Positions 39,678-49,939 of a DNA stretch of 64,000 nucleotides are shown here, piece after piece. Under the pieces are notes generated by a model. It ran no database searches and was not told the DNA's origin. It saw only the letters and a program-made list of their open reading frames with translations. Source of the DNA: Longimicrobiales bacterium (GTDB taxonomy: Bacteria > Gemmatimonadota > Gemmatimonadetes > Longimicrobiales > Gaopeijiaceae); assembly GCA_965226375.1 (NCBI GenBank), contig CBDDCX010000008.1:1856001-1920000 (forward strand), in the 5' to 3' direction. How positions within the stretch are numbered: the first letter of the stretch is position 1; each line of letters begins with the position of its first letter. The position numbers and the translations under genes are program-made.

Positions 39678-40564
39678 GGAAACGGTACCGAAAAGACGGC
39701 GGACCGGGGGACGGGAACGCCCTGATCCCGGGCCGGCCTGAAGGCCACGACTTCGCTGAACAACTCGAGGAAGATCTCGTCGATCTCGGGGATCCCACTG
39801 GACTGCCCGATCTCCGCCATCTCGACGGAGCCCCGTTCGTCTATGAAGAGAACCACGCTCGCCGACCCGCTCACTCCCGGGCCCAGGCTCTGTTTGCTGA
39901 AGCTCTCACGCATGAACCGGAGCACCTCGCGCGGATTCAGGACCAGGACCCACGCCGCCGCACCCGCCAGGACGATATCAGGACGAAGAGCGGCCAGGCG
40001 TGACAGGTCCATCGAGGTCGGCTCCGGCAGCATCGATAGGTCTGCGGTGGAGGCGCTCCCGCCGATTGACGGGGAGTTCGGGCCATCTCCGTCCTGACCC
40101 TGCATTTCCTCGGAAGTGGGACTCTGCGTCGGTTCCGGCTCGGGCTCGGGCTCAACCTCGGCGAGCGTCGCCACCGGGGCCCCCCTGCGAAGCAGGCGTT
40201 GGCGAATGGCGGCGGAATACTCCTCCATCGACAGTTGAGCTCCGTCGGCTCCATCGCCGACGTCGGACGCCGTCGTTGTCGAGTCCGCAACAAGAGCCAC
40301 GGGCGCCGCCCCTGGGGACGCGCCTCTGCCAGTGGAGGGTGGAGCGAAAAGGGAGATCCAAGCCATCTGGTCGGAATCCAACTCGTCGGCGAGCTCCGGC
40401 GCGGAGATCTCCCAGTGGGGTCCGATTGCGAGGACAGCCACGTGCACGGCTACCGCAGCCGCAGTCGACCATTTCACCCGGGTATTCCACTGCGCCTTCC
40501 ACTCGTCGTTGGCGCGGTGCACCCGCCACTCCTGACCGAGCCGCTCCGGCTCCAGTGGCTTCAT
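39671..40564 (-). CDS. TonB-like energy transducer
   Basis: N-terminal TM with His (AVHVA), EPEPEPEP linker, C-terminal LFIDERGSV...SSG...FRPA...VPF. Confidence 0.75.
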   Translation of the reverse strand: MKPLEPERLGQEWRVHRANDEWKAQWNTRVKWSTAAAVAVHVAVLAIGPHWEISAPELADELDSDQMAWISLFAPPSTGRGASPGAAPVALVADSTTTASDVGDGADGAQLSMEEYSAAIRQRLLRRGAPVATLAEVEPEPEPEPTQSPTSEEMQGQDGDGPNSPSIGGSASTADLSMLPEPTSMDLSRLAALRPDIVLAGAAAWVLVLNPREVLRFMRESFSKQSLGPGVSGSASVVLFIDERGSVEMAEIGQSSGIPEIDEIFLELFSEVVAFRPARDQGVPVPRSAVFSVPFPW

Positions 40565-40861
40565 CGAAACACTCCATCACGTCGGGACCGCGTGTCCTCC
40601 ACCTAGCGGACGGACGCTCGGGTGGAGAGGGGCGCGGGAAAGATCGACCCGTAAGTACTCAGAGTACCGGCGTCTCTCGCTGTGAACAAGCTGATCCGCG
40701 CCCCAGCTCCGGCCGTCGGGACCGCGCGAGTCGGTGGCGTGTCGGAGAGGGCGTCCGACACGCGGCACCGGCGAGAGACGAAACGACCCCATAGACCGTG
40801 GTCACACTCCCTCCCAGGACGTATGATGCCGCTTCATACCGAACCACTACGGAGCGATCCC

Positions 40862-42157
40862 ATGATCTCTAGACGCCATTTTCTCGGAGCCTCCTCGTCT
40901 GCGGCGGCGGGCGCGGCTCTCTCTCGTCCTGACGGGCTTGTCGCAGCCGACACGGTGCAGCAGGCAGTGCCCCCCTCCATCGCTCGGCTCAGCTCCTGGG
41001 CAGATCGGGCACAACCGATCACCACTGCCGAGCGAGCGGCCCGTGTCGAACAGGCCAAACGCCTCATGCACGAACAGGGACTTTCCGCGCTCGCGCTCAC
41101 CGGCGGGACGTCCATGGTCTATTTCACGAGCATCCGTTGGGGCGGGGGTGAGCGTCTCTTCTCCGTCGTGATCCCGGTAGATGGCGACGCGTTCGTGGTA
41201 TGCCCCGCGTTCGAAGAGGAGCGTGCCCGGGAACAGCTCGCGCTCGGTCCACTGGGGGGAGCCGCCGTCTATACGTGGGAGGAGCACGAGAGCCCTTACG
41301 AACGTGTGGCGCAGGGGTTGAAGGACCGGGGAATCTCCACCGGCAAGGTCGGTACCGAGGAGACGATGCAGTTCCGATTCACCAACGGCATCGCCATGGC
41401 CGCCCCGGCGCTCGAGGTGGTGGATGCCACGGGGGTCACGGCCGGCTGCCGCGGAGTGAAGGACGAGCACGAGATCGAGCTGATGACACTCGCGAACGAG
41501 GTCACGCTCACGGCATATAAGGCCGCCTATCTGGCCATGGCAGAAGGGATGACGCAACAAGACTTCCGCGGGCTGGTTTCGATGGCGCATGACCAGCTCG
41601 GGTTCCAGGGCGGTGCCGGTGTGCAGACCGGCGAGTGGTCCGCGCTCCCGCATGGCTCTGTCACTCGGCAGGTGATCCGTGAAGGCACCATTCTGCTCAT
41701 CGATGGGGGCTGCGGTGTGGAGGGGTACCGCTCCGACATGAGCCGGACCTTTGTGCTGGGCGAACCCACCGACAAGATGAAGAAGGTCTACGAGATCGAG
41801 TACAGGGCCCAGACGGCCGCGTTCGAGAAGGCCGCCCCGGGCGTCCTGCCGGAGGAGGTGGACGGAGCCGCCCGCAAAGTGATCGAGGACGCGGGCTACG
41901 GACCGGGCTACAAGTACTTCACGCATCGCGTCGGCCACGGCATCGGCATGGACGGGCACGAGTGGCCCTATCTGGTGAAGGGCAACAAGGTCCCACTGAA
42001 GCGCGGCAACGTCTTCAGCGACGAGCCGGGGATCTATATACCGGGCGAGTTCGGCGTCAGACTCGAAGACTGCATGTACATCACGGACGACGGGGCCAAG
42101 CTGTTCACTCCACAGAGTCCTTCTCTGGAAGAGCCGTTCGCGAACTGGGAGTACTAG
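40862..42157 (+). CDS. Xaa-Pro peptidase (M24B) with Tat signal
   Basis: SRRHFL, ALPHG, IDGG, YRSDMSRT, HRVGHGIG, HE, EPGIY, GVRLED. Confidence 0.92.
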   Translation: MISRRHFLGASSSAAAGAALSRPDGLVAADTVQQAVPPSIARLSSWADRAQPITTAERAARVEQAKRLMHEQGLSALALTGGTSMVYFTSIRWGGGERLFSVVIPVDGDAFVVCPAFEEERAREQLALGPLGGAAVYTWEEHESPYERVAQGLKDRGISTGKVGTEETMQFRFTNGIAMAAPALEVVDATGVTAGCRGVKDEHEIELMTLANEVTLTAYKAAYLAMAEGMTQQDFRGLVSMAHDQLGFQGGAGVQTGEWSALPHGSVTRQVIREGTILLIDGGCGVEGYRSDMSRTFVLGEPTDKMKKVYEIEYRAQTAAFEKAAPGVLPEEVDGAARKVIEDAGYGPGYKYFTHRVGHGIGMDGHEWPYLVKGNKVPLKRGNVFSDEPGIYIPGEFGVRLEDCMYITDDGAKLFTPQSPSLEEPFANWEY

Positions 42158-42187
42158 GAGTACGTCTCGACTCCAATCGGTAAGGCC

Positions 42188-43480
42188 GTGACGATGAAAC
42201 GATTCCGCGCAGGCCAGGCGATCCCTCTCCTCACCGCGCTGATCCTGTCAGCGCCCCTCCTTGCCCAGGAACTGCCCAGGGCCGTTCCGGAAGAGGTCGG
42301 CATGTCGTCGGAGCGACTGCATCTGTTGAGCGGCACCCTCCAGGGCTACGTCGATGAAGGCCGCCTGCCGGGAGCCGTTGTGATGGTCCTTCGGCGGGGC
42401 AAGATCGTGTACTCCGAGGCATTCGGCCATCGCGACCGTGAGGCCGAAGCCCAGATGACGACGGCCGCCATCTTCCGCATCGCATCCCAGACGAAGGCCC
42501 TCGTGAGCGTCGGGATCATGATGCTCCAAGAGGAGGGCGAGCTCCTCATTTCGGACTCCGTCTCGAAGCACCTCCCCGCTTTCGCGAACACGAGCGTGGC
42601 GATACCGACCGAGGCGGGCGGGTACGACGTAGTCGAGGCGAGCAGGGAGATCAGGGTCCGCGACCTTCTGACGCACACGGCCGGGATCGGGTACGGGGGC
42701 GGGCCGGGGAGCGATCGCTGGTCTGACGCGGAGATCACCGGATGGTATTTCGCTCACCGGGACGAGCCGGTCCGGACCACGGTCGACCGCATTGCCGGGC
42801 TCCCCTTCCCGGCCCAGCCGGGCGCGCAGTGGGTGTACGGCTACAACACCGACATCCTCGGTGCCGTGATCGAGGCGGTATCGGGACAGACGCTCGACGT
42901 GTTCCTCCAGCGGCGAATCCTGGATCCGCTAAACATGCGAGACACACACTTCTACCTGCCGCAGGATAAGAGTGAGCGCCTGGCGACCGTCTACAACCTC
43001 CGGAACGGGGAGAGCCTGACTCGAGCTCCGGACGGACCCGGGATGCAGACCCAGGGACAGTATGTGGATGGGCCGCGGACGAGTTTTTCCGGCGGCGCCG
43101 GTCTCCTCTCCACGGCGCGAGACTACTCCCGCTTTCTGCAGATGCTCTTGAACGGTGGTGAGCTCGAGGGGGCGCGCCTCCTGTCACCGACGAGCGTCGA
43201 CCTGATGACGACGAATCACGTGGCCGAGCTCTTCCCGTCCACGGGCATGGGATTCGGGCTCGGATTCTCGATTCGCCTCGATGTGGGCGCGGCGGGCCAG
43301 CATGGCTCAGCCGGTGAGTATGGCTGGGGCGGGGCGTATCACTCGACCTACTGGGTGGACCCCGTCGAGCAGCTGGTCGTCGCCTACTTCACACAGGTCA
43401 TTCCTGCATCGGGACTGGACGATCAGGAGAGACTCCGGGCCTTGGTCTACTCGGCGATCACCGAGAGAGGGGGTCACTGA
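42188..43480 (+). CDS. Beta-lactamase-related serine hydrolase
   Basis: Signal peptide; IASQTK (SxxK), LLTHTAG, WVYG, GGAGLLST, YGWGG. Confidence 0.9.
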   Translation: MTMKRFRAGQAIPLLTALILSAPLLAQELPRAVPEEVGMSSERLHLLSGTLQGYVDEGRLPGAVVMVLRRGKIVYSEAFGHRDREAEAQMTTAAIFRIASQTKALVSVGIMMLQEEGELLISDSVSKHLPAFANTSVAIPTEAGGYDVVEASREIRVRDLLTHTAGIGYGGGPGSDRWSDAEITGWYFAHRDEPVRTTVDRIAGLPFPAQPGAQWVYGYNTDILGAVIEAVSGQTLDVFLQRRILDPLNMRDTHFYLPQDKSERLATVYNLRNGESLTRAPDGPGMQTQGQYVDGPRTSFSGGAGLLSTARDYSRFLQMLLNGGELEGARLLSPTSVDLMTTNHVAELFPSTGMGFGLGFSIRLDVGAAGQHGSAGEYGWGGAYHSTYWVDPVEQLVVAYFTQVIPASGLDDQERLRALVYSAITERGGH

Positions 43481-44084
43481 CGATACCCGCCCCCCGGGTC
43501 GCGTCGGCTACGGCGTCCCGAAATGCCCCCAGTCCGGGCTCGGGAACCCCACACACATAGCGCACATGTTCGCCGTAGTCCTCCGCCTCGACGGTGATCT
43601 CCATCTCTTCGAAGAGACGCTGCATCGTGTCCACATCGGCGTACCCGACCCTGACCTCGACCCACACGCGGTCGACCCTCTCGTCGGTGGGAAGCGATTC
43701 GAGTGCGAGCTTCACTCCACCCGAATACGCACGAGTGAGCCCTCCCGTGCCCAGCTTCACGCCACCGAAATAGCGAGTACACACGGCTACAATCTCGCCG
43801 ACGCCGCCGTGCAGGAGCGCGGTCAGCATCGGCCGGCCCGCCGTACCGTGAGGTTCACCGTCGTCGCTCATCCCGATGTGAGTCATGCTCCCGGGAGGTC
43901 CGGCAACGAACGCCCAAGAGTTGTGAGTCGCGTCCGGAAATTCGTCACCCACGCGCTCGACGAACGCGTGCGCGGCGTCGGCATCGGGGGCTGGCGCGGT
44001 GGTGGTGATGAAGCGGCTCCGCCGGATGGTCTCCTCGACCCGGTGGATTCCAGCCGGGATCGGATACCGTGAGGCGTCACTCAC
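43458..44084 (-). CDS. yigZ: YigZ/IMPACT family protein
   Basis: RSRFI, ATHNSWA, SDDGEPHGTAG, RYFGGVKLGTGGL. Confidence 0.9.
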   Translation of the reverse strand: MSDASRYPIPAGIHRVEETIRRSRFITTTAPAPDADAAHAFVERVGDEFPDATHNSWAFVAGPPGSMTHIGMSDDGEPHGTAGRPMLTALLHGGVGEIVAVCTRYFGGVKLGTGGLTRAYSGGVKLALESLPTDERVDRVWVEVRVGYADVDTMQRLFEEMEITVEAEDYGEHVRYVCGVPEPGLGAFRDAVADATRGAGIVSDPLSR

Positions 44085-44099
44085 CGAATCAGGACGTGG

Positions 44100-44388
44100 T
44101 CAAGCCGTGCGCAACGTGGTCGTGACCTCCATGAGCGTGACTCGGCGCACGGGCAACCAACACGCCAACAGCGCCGTGAGGGTAAACACCACGGCCGCCC
44201 CGAAGAGCGTCAATGGGTCGGTGGGCTCCACACCCCACAGTAGCCCCTGTATGGCGCGCGTCAGTAGAGCTGCCAGACCCAAGCCGAGGACGAGGCCCCC
44301 GGCAAGAAGTCGCATGCCCTCTGCGATGACCATCGCACTCACCTCATCCGTACGTGCACCGAGCGCGCGCCGGATACCCAGCTCCAGC
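44100..44388 (-). pseudogene. C-terminal fragment of an FtsX/ADOP-type ABC permease
   Basis: ELGIRRALGA...LLWGVEPTDPLT...LPVRR. Upstream sequence belongs to an opposite-strand gene. Confidence 0.8.
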
Positions 44389-45440
44389 GCTCGGGCGGAG
44401 CCTGCGGGCCTGTCCGCGCAACAAGATCCCGCCAGGACCGGCTCGCGAACCCTGCCGACCGACTCTTGGACGTACGATGCGATCGAGCGCCTGCGGAACC
44501 GCGGATTCTTGGTGGAGGTCAACCCAACCGCGCAACCCTACCGGAGAATCGAGGTCGCAGCGGGATTGGTGGGAGTGGATCCCGAAGCTCATCCGGAGCC
44601 CGTCGCCTCATGGATCCGGATTCTCCGCGAGGCACTCGCCACCGAGTTGGAACGGCTCGAGGGTACGGACGAAGCAAGCACGCACGTAGGGGCCGAGATC
44701 CGCCTCGGGGGTACGGCAGCGGACAGCCGGCGTCGCGACCCGCTCGTGCCGTTCAGAAGTACGGAAGAGGAGACCATCGAGGATCGAGTATGGCCCTTCA
44801 ACGCCGAGAGCGCATGGCTCGAAACGCACAGCGCCGCGGTCGTTGTCAACCTCTACGCCGACCACTGGAACTACTCGGACAGCGGAGACCCCGACGGCAC
44901 GTCGCCCGGCGGATTCCTCTATCTGCTCCGCCGGAGTGACGACGCCTATGTGACCGCGGCCTTCCCATGGGGGGATGTGTGGTTGGGCAGGATGCGCCGG
45001 AACTGGGGCCCCATTGGGCAACCAGGTCTGATGGTGTCCGACAATCCAGTGGCGTACCCGCAGTTCGGACTGGATATCGGCCGCGGGAAAGTCTCGGTCC
45101 ACTTCTTCTCGGGTGAACTCGAGCCGATCGAAGGCCGCACCCGCCACTTCATGGCGAACAGGGTCGACTATGGCACGCCCAACTTCTGGATTTCGATGGG
45201 TGAGGCGAAGGTCTTCTCGGCGGATCGTCCCTCCACGTTTCGGTTCCTGAACCCGGCGGAGCTGCTGATCTTCGATCACGACAGTGAGCCGGCGGACGTC
45301 ACCGGGAACTTGATGTTCAACGGCCTGCTGTGGGCACGACTGGGAACAACCACTTTCCAGGGCGAGCTCGTCATCGACGACTTCGACCTCTTTTCGTTTC
45401 GGCAGGGAACGAGCAGCGAGGGGGAGCCGATCAACTTCCA
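44389..45440 (+). pseudogene. Wzi-like outer-membrane protein fragment lacking its start and C-terminus
   Basis: Begins at the end of a signal peptide (LSA-Q); WTYDAIERL, LGRMRRNWGP, GELVIDDF. Runs into the soxR leader. Confidence 0.6.
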
Positions 45441-45470
45441 CTTGAAGTCAAAAGGGGAGGAGGAGCTCGA

Positions 45471-45917
45471 GTGACCAAACACACAGACCTACTGACCATC
45501 GGCGAGTTGGCGGCAAGGGCCGGGGTGAATACGTCGGCTCTACGCTTCTACGAGGAGAGGGGACTCATCTTCTCCCGTCGAACCGACGGAAACCAGCGTC
45601 GCTATGAGCGAGCCATGCTCCGGCGAGTGGGCGTGATCATGGCCGCGCAGGCGGTCGGCATTTCCCTGAAGATGGTCAAGGAAACGCTCGACACGCTGCC
45701 GAGTGGTCGCACACCGACGCAGAAGGACTGGGAGCGTCTATCGCGGGATTGGCGGGACGAGTTGGAAGCCCGCATCGGCGAACTCGAGCGTTTGAGGGAC
45801 AAACTCACCTCGTGCATCGGGTGCGGGTGCCTCTCACTCGAGGCGTGCCAACTATTGAACCCACAGGACAAGGCCGCCCGGAACGGCCCGGGCCCTCGGT
45901 GGGTGCTTTCCCGGTAG
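45471..45917 (+). CDS. soxR: Redox-sensitive transcriptional activator SoxR
   Basis: GGAGG RBS; MerR HTH LTIGELAARAG..SALRFYE, GNQRRY, and CIGCGCLSLEAC [2Fe-2S] motif. Confidence 0.95.
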   Translation: MTKHTDLLTIGELAARAGVNTSALRFYEERGLIFSRRTDGNQRRYERAMLRRVGVIMAAQAVGISLKMVKETLDTLPSGRTPTQKDWERLSRDWRDELEARIGELERLRDKLTSCIGCGCLSLEACQLLNPQDKAARNGPGPRWVLSR

Positions 45918-46023
45918 GGCACGAATCCCCGTTCTTGAAGCGCGCGATGGGGTCTGGACTTCACGAGCGATCGTGACCATCTCTCACTCTGCTCTTTCCC
46001 CAAGCACCTCAATCCTCATCCGA

Positions 46024-46683
46024 ATGCCACTCCTCCCGTCCTGGTCCTTTCTCCGGCATATGCTTCGTCTGCAGGTCGGGCTATTCCTCTTCGGCTGCGC
46101 TGTCGCGGTCATGCTGGGGGCGCAGATAGGACTCGATCCGTGGTCGGCACTTCACGAGGGAATCAGCAGCCGGCTCGGATGGTCCTTCGGTCGGGTCACA
46201 CAGACCGTTGGAGCGCTCTTGATCCTGACCAGTTGGCTTTCCCTCGGAGTGCGGCCCGGCATCGGAACCGTTTTCAATATGGCCCTCGTGGGTCCGTGGA
46301 TCGACCTACTTCGTCTGCAAGCATGGTTTCCATATGCCACAGACAGAATTCTGGGATCCGTGCAGTTCCTGATCGGGCTACTCATGATGGGTCTCGCATC
46401 GGCTGTCTACATCGGAGCACGGCTCGGTGCCGGACCACGCGACGGGTTCGTCCTGGGTCTCTCTCGCCGGTCGGGCTGGAGCATCCGGGCGACTCGGATC
46501 AGGATCGACGTGGCGGTGTTTGGGCTCGCCGTCCTGATCGGTGGCTCCGTAGGCCTGGGCACCGTCCTCTTCGCCTTGCTGATGGGGCCCATCATGCAGG
46601 CCTCACTCAAGATGTTCCGTGTCTCGAGTGACCCGTCTCCTAGCTACACATCTGCCATTTTGGCAGATGTTGATACCGGGTGA
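46024..46683 (+). CDS. YczE/YyaS-like membrane protein
   Basis: IGLDPWSALHEG, PGIGT, LGAGPRDG, VGLGT. Confidence 0.82.
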   Translation: MPLLPSWSFLRHMLRLQVGLFLFGCAVAVMLGAQIGLDPWSALHEGISSRLGWSFGRVTQTVGALLILTSWLSLGVRPGIGTVFNMALVGPWIDLLRLQAWFPYATDRILGSVQFLIGLLMMGLASAVYIGARLGAGPRDGFVLGLSRRSGWSIRATRIRIDVAVFGLAVLIGGSVGLGTVLFALLMGPIMQASLKMFRVSSDPSPSYTSAILADVDTG

Positions 46684-46708
46684 GTTCGGAATAGCCGGTA
46701 CGCGGTGC

Positions 46709-48004
46709 CTAGAAGAAGAAGAACCGCTGTCCACCTCCTCCGAAACGTGGATTGACGATGTTGTTGAAGATCGAACCGAAGGTGAAGCGGAGGCTGATGT
46801 TCGTGAAGTAGTCGAAGTCCGTCTCCAGGGTGCGACGGCGCAATAACACGTCTTCGTCGCTGGCGCCGCTCTGAGCCAGAAAAACCTGGTCCCGAAGCCG
46901 CGAGATGTTGCCGAAGAAGTTGATCGAGAGCCCTCGAACGATCCGGAAGTTCGCGTTGGTGAACAGGCTCAGCCGGTTCTTCTTTAAGTCGTCGAGAAAG
47001 TGGGAGGCGGTAAGGGACGTGGACACAGATCCCCACGGTTGCCTGAGACTCAGCCCCGCGGTCAGACTCTCTTCAAATATCGTCTCTTCCGTCACTTCGA
47101 AGATCGTCTCCTCGTTGTAACGAACTCGATCCATCCCGACATGATACTGTAGCGTCAGCTGACGCCGGCTCGACTCGGAGTAGGGGAAGATGTTGTACTC
47201 CACGGTCGGCTGAACGCTGATCCGAAGGTCTGTGTTGTCAAAGGTGTTTGCCGTGACTGAGGCCCTCCCCCCCACTCCCCAATGGTCGCCGGCACTCTTG
47301 ACCAAGAGCACGTCGGAACCCGAGCTGCGACGGATGCTCGTGACCGTGGAACTGTCCCTGAGTTCGAACTTATCCTCCGAATACCGCAGGCGGGTGGCCC
47401 ACTCGAACTTCCACGCTTCTGACGTGCGGTTGACTGTGACGGATCCGTTCCCACTGGCCGACGACGTCCGGGACTGACCTCTGGCCGACCCACCCACGCC
47501 GACCGTGAAGACCCACAAGTTCCACGGGTCGTTCTCGGGAGTCACCTGGTCCTCCGCCTCTGGACCCTCAACTCCGGCCGCTCGATACTGGATCCGAAGG
47601 TACTCGGCGGCTGGTGTACTAGCCGCGTACGTGACGAGACCCAGTCCGAGTTTCTCGATGAGCCCCCTGCGGCGTTCGTCCGAGGTGTCCGTGGACGAAG
47701 CCGAGTGGCTGAGGTCGTGGTCATCGCCCAGGAACCGCCCCAGCCCGATGAAGCGAATGTCGTAGGCCGTGCCCGAGCCCGCCTCAGCCGACGAGATCAA
47801 CACGTGCACGTCGGCGTCCTCGCGATTCCTGACCCATGCGACCCAGGTGATCTCCCTCCGGGTCAGATCGAAGTCGCACCCGAAGGTCTGGCAGTCCAGA
47901 AAGACTCTGATTCGCTGGGTATCTCCCACTTCCTGTGCAAGAAGTGGCGTACCTCCTCCTAAGATGAACAGAACCATCGCGCATACAGTCGTGCGTTGCC
48001 CCAT
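46709..48004 (-). CDS. Hypothetical outer-membrane beta-barrel protein
   Basis: Signal LLA-Q, VFLDC..CD N-terminal domain, DPWNLWVF, amphipathic strands, aromatic C-terminus. Confidence 0.75.
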   Translation of the reverse strand: MGQRTTVCAMVLFILGGGTPLLAQEVGDTQRIRVFLDCQTFGCDFDLTRREITWVAWVRNREDADVHVLISSAEAGSGTAYDIRFIGLGRFLGDDHDLSHSASSTDTSDERRRGLIEKLGLGLVTYAASTPAAEYLRIQYRAAGVEGPEAEDQVTPENDPWNLWVFTVGVGGSARGQSRTSSASGNGSVTVNRTSEAWKFEWATRLRYSEDKFELRDSSTVTSIRRSSGSDVLLVKSAGDHWGVGGRASVTANTFDNTDLRISVQPTVEYNIFPYSESSRRQLTLQYHVGMDRVRYNEETIFEVTEETIFEESLTAGLSLRQPWGSVSTSLTASHFLDDLKKNRLSLFTNANFRIVRGLSINFFGNISRLRDQVFLAQSGASDEDVLLRRRTLETDFDYFTNISLRFTFGSIFNNIVNPRFGGGGQRFFFF

Positions 48005-48123
48005 CGATACCCCCTCGCCCTTCGTGATGTGACCTCACCCCACTACTCTGACGGGAGACGGCACGAGCCTGCCCGCCCAGGAGGGAGCAGGTCTGGCGAC
48101 AGTCGTCTTGTAGGCGAGTCGGC

Positions 48124-48140
48124 AGCAAGAGGCATGCCGA
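48124..48140 (-). promoter_or_regulatory. Candidate sigma-54 (-24/-12) promoter
   Basis: Minus strand TCGGCATGCCTCTTGCT (GG-N10-GC), about 120 nt upstream of the 48004 start. Confidence 0.45.
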
Positions 48141-48414
48141 TCACCGATCCTTGGAATTCGGCTGTTTCGTTGACCCCATGGGTCGATCAGTGACCGGAAT
48201 GCGGGACACCGGTGTCACGCCGCGTGGACGTAACGATCGTGGCGACCGCACAAGTGTCTCTAAGGTGGGCCTGACGGTGGGAGGCGTTCTCGCCCGGGCC
48301 GTCGGTGGCCGGACACCGCCCGAGGGTGAGCGGTACTCCGTGTCACAAAACAGTGCCTCCGTTCGTCTTATCTTACGGAGACATCCCGCGGACTATCTGG
48401 CTGAGACGCACACC

Positions 48415-49701
48415 ATGTTCCCTCACCGTACATCGGTCGGAGCCTTCGTTGCCGTTCTATCGCTCTGCGTAGTCGGCTGCAGCGACACCACCGGTCCGGG
48501 CGAGGACGACCGCATTTTGGAGCTGCCCCGAGCTCTGACCACCACCGAAATCTCCGTGATCGCCCGTTCCAACGCCTTCGGGCTGGAGCTGGTCCGGGAG
48601 ATGGCCGAGCGGGACGAACGGCCGAACATCGTGCTGTCACCCCTGAGCGCGTCCATGGCTCTGGGCATGACCCTGAACGGCGCGGCCGGCGAGACCTTCG
48701 AGGCGATGCGGGCGACCCTCGGCTTCGACGGGCTCTCCATGCAGGAGATCAACGACTCCTACCAGAGTCTCATCGACCTATTGGTAGGGTCGGACCCCCA
48801 GGTGGAGTTCACGATCGCGAACTCCGTGTGGGCGAACGCCGACGTACTGTTCCACGACTCCTTCTTTCAATCCGTGACCGACGCATTCGACGCCCGGGTG
48901 GAGTCTCGGGACTTCGGAGCCGGCCCGACTCTCGAGGAGATCAACGGCTGGGTGAAGGAGCAGACCAACGGTCGGATCGACCGGATTCTGGACGCACTAG
49001 ACCCGGATCTAAAGATGCTTCTCCTCAACGCCATCTTCTTCGACGGTTCCTGGACGACACGCTTCGATCCGGACCTGACGCAGCCCCGGGACTTCCGCCG
49101 CGCCGATGGCTCGGTCGTGAGCGTCGAGACGATGTTCTTGGGCAACGAAACTCTTCCTCACACGAGGACCAGCGAACTTTCAGCCGTCGAACTCACTTAT
49201 GGTGGTGGGGCCTACTCGATGGTCGTGATCGTTCCTCAACCGCCCAATGACGCCCGGTCCCTCCTGGCTACGCTAGACGACACGCAGTGGGAATCGATCA
49301 TGGATGCGCTCACATCAGGCCATCTGGACCAGTTCTCGATGCCGAAGCTGACACTAGAGTATGACGGCCTCCTGAATGAACCCCTGAAAGAGATGGGGAT
49401 GGGCATCGCGTTCCACCCTGGAGCCGACTTCACGGAGATGTCTCCCGAAGGGGATCAGTTCTGCATCAGCTTCGTCCGCCAGAAGACCTTTATCGAGGTG
49501 GACGAAGAAGGAACGACGGCTGCGGCGGTAACCGCCGTGGGTGTCGGTCCCGCCTCATTCAGCGCCATCGACGTCGACCGCCCCTTCGTCTTCGCCATTC
49601 GGGAGCGACTCTCCGGTACTATTCTCTTCATGGGGGTGGTGGGAGACCCGACGGCGGAGGATTCGGGGCCGGCGGCGGTGTCGACGGACTGCGTCGGCTG
49701 A
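48415..49701 (+). CDS. Serpin-family lipoprotein
   Basis: Lipobox VVGC; NIVLSPLS, INGWVKEQTNGRI, LLNAIFFDGSW, EVDEEGTTAAAVT, VDRPFVFAIRE. Confidence 0.93.
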   Translation: MFPHRTSVGAFVAVLSLCVVGCSDTTGPGEDDRILELPRALTTTEISVIARSNAFGLELVREMAERDERPNIVLSPLSASMALGMTLNGAAGETFEAMRATLGFDGLSMQEINDSYQSLIDLLVGSDPQVEFTIANSVWANADVLFHDSFFQSVTDAFDARVESRDFGAGPTLEEINGWVKEQTNGRIDRILDALDPDLKMLLLNAIFFDGSWTTRFDPDLTQPRDFRRADGSVVSVETMFLGNETLPHTRTSELSAVELTYGGGAYSMVVIVPQPPNDARSLLATLDDTQWESIMDALTSGHLDQFSMPKLTLEYDGLLNEPLKEMGMGIAFHPGADFTEMSPEGDQFCISFVRQKTFIEVDEEGTTAAAVTAVGVGPASFSAIDVDRPFVFAIRERLSGTILFMGVVGDPTAEDSGPAAVSTDCVG

Positions 49702-49739
49702 AGTATCCGGCGGGGACCGAGGGATCCTACACACCGGCC

Positions 49740-49845
49740 CTAGACGCCAGCCACCAGCTCCTTGAGGCGGTCCTCAACGTAGGTGTTCATGGAGACATGC
49801 TGTGCCGCCGCGCCCGTAGCGAGGGCGCGATGTATAGCGTCAATA
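49740..49845 (-). pseudogene. HicB-like antitoxin C-terminal (ribbon-helix-helix) remnant
   Basis: IHRALATGAAAQHVSMNTYVEDRL* resembles the HicB C-terminus; no N-terminal part or hicA. Confidence 0.45.
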
Positions 49846-49939
49846 GGGGCAGACCTCGTATCACCGCGCACTCCTACGCCCCTCACGGTTGCCGCCGGGG
49901 CGGGACAAGCGCACGAGACGCCGCCGCCCGCCCAAGAGC

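Noticed and set aside
43999..45474. 491-aa ORF (and 57285-57977, 56918-57574) as genuine fusion proteins
   Set aside because: The N-termini are antisense read-through of neighbouring fragments across junctions.
48260..48345. GC-rich hairpin upstream of the serpin as tRNA-Sec, SRP RNA or riboswitch
   Set aside because: No T-loop, anticodon arm or aptamer consensus that I could recognise. An Infernal/Rfam scan would settle it.
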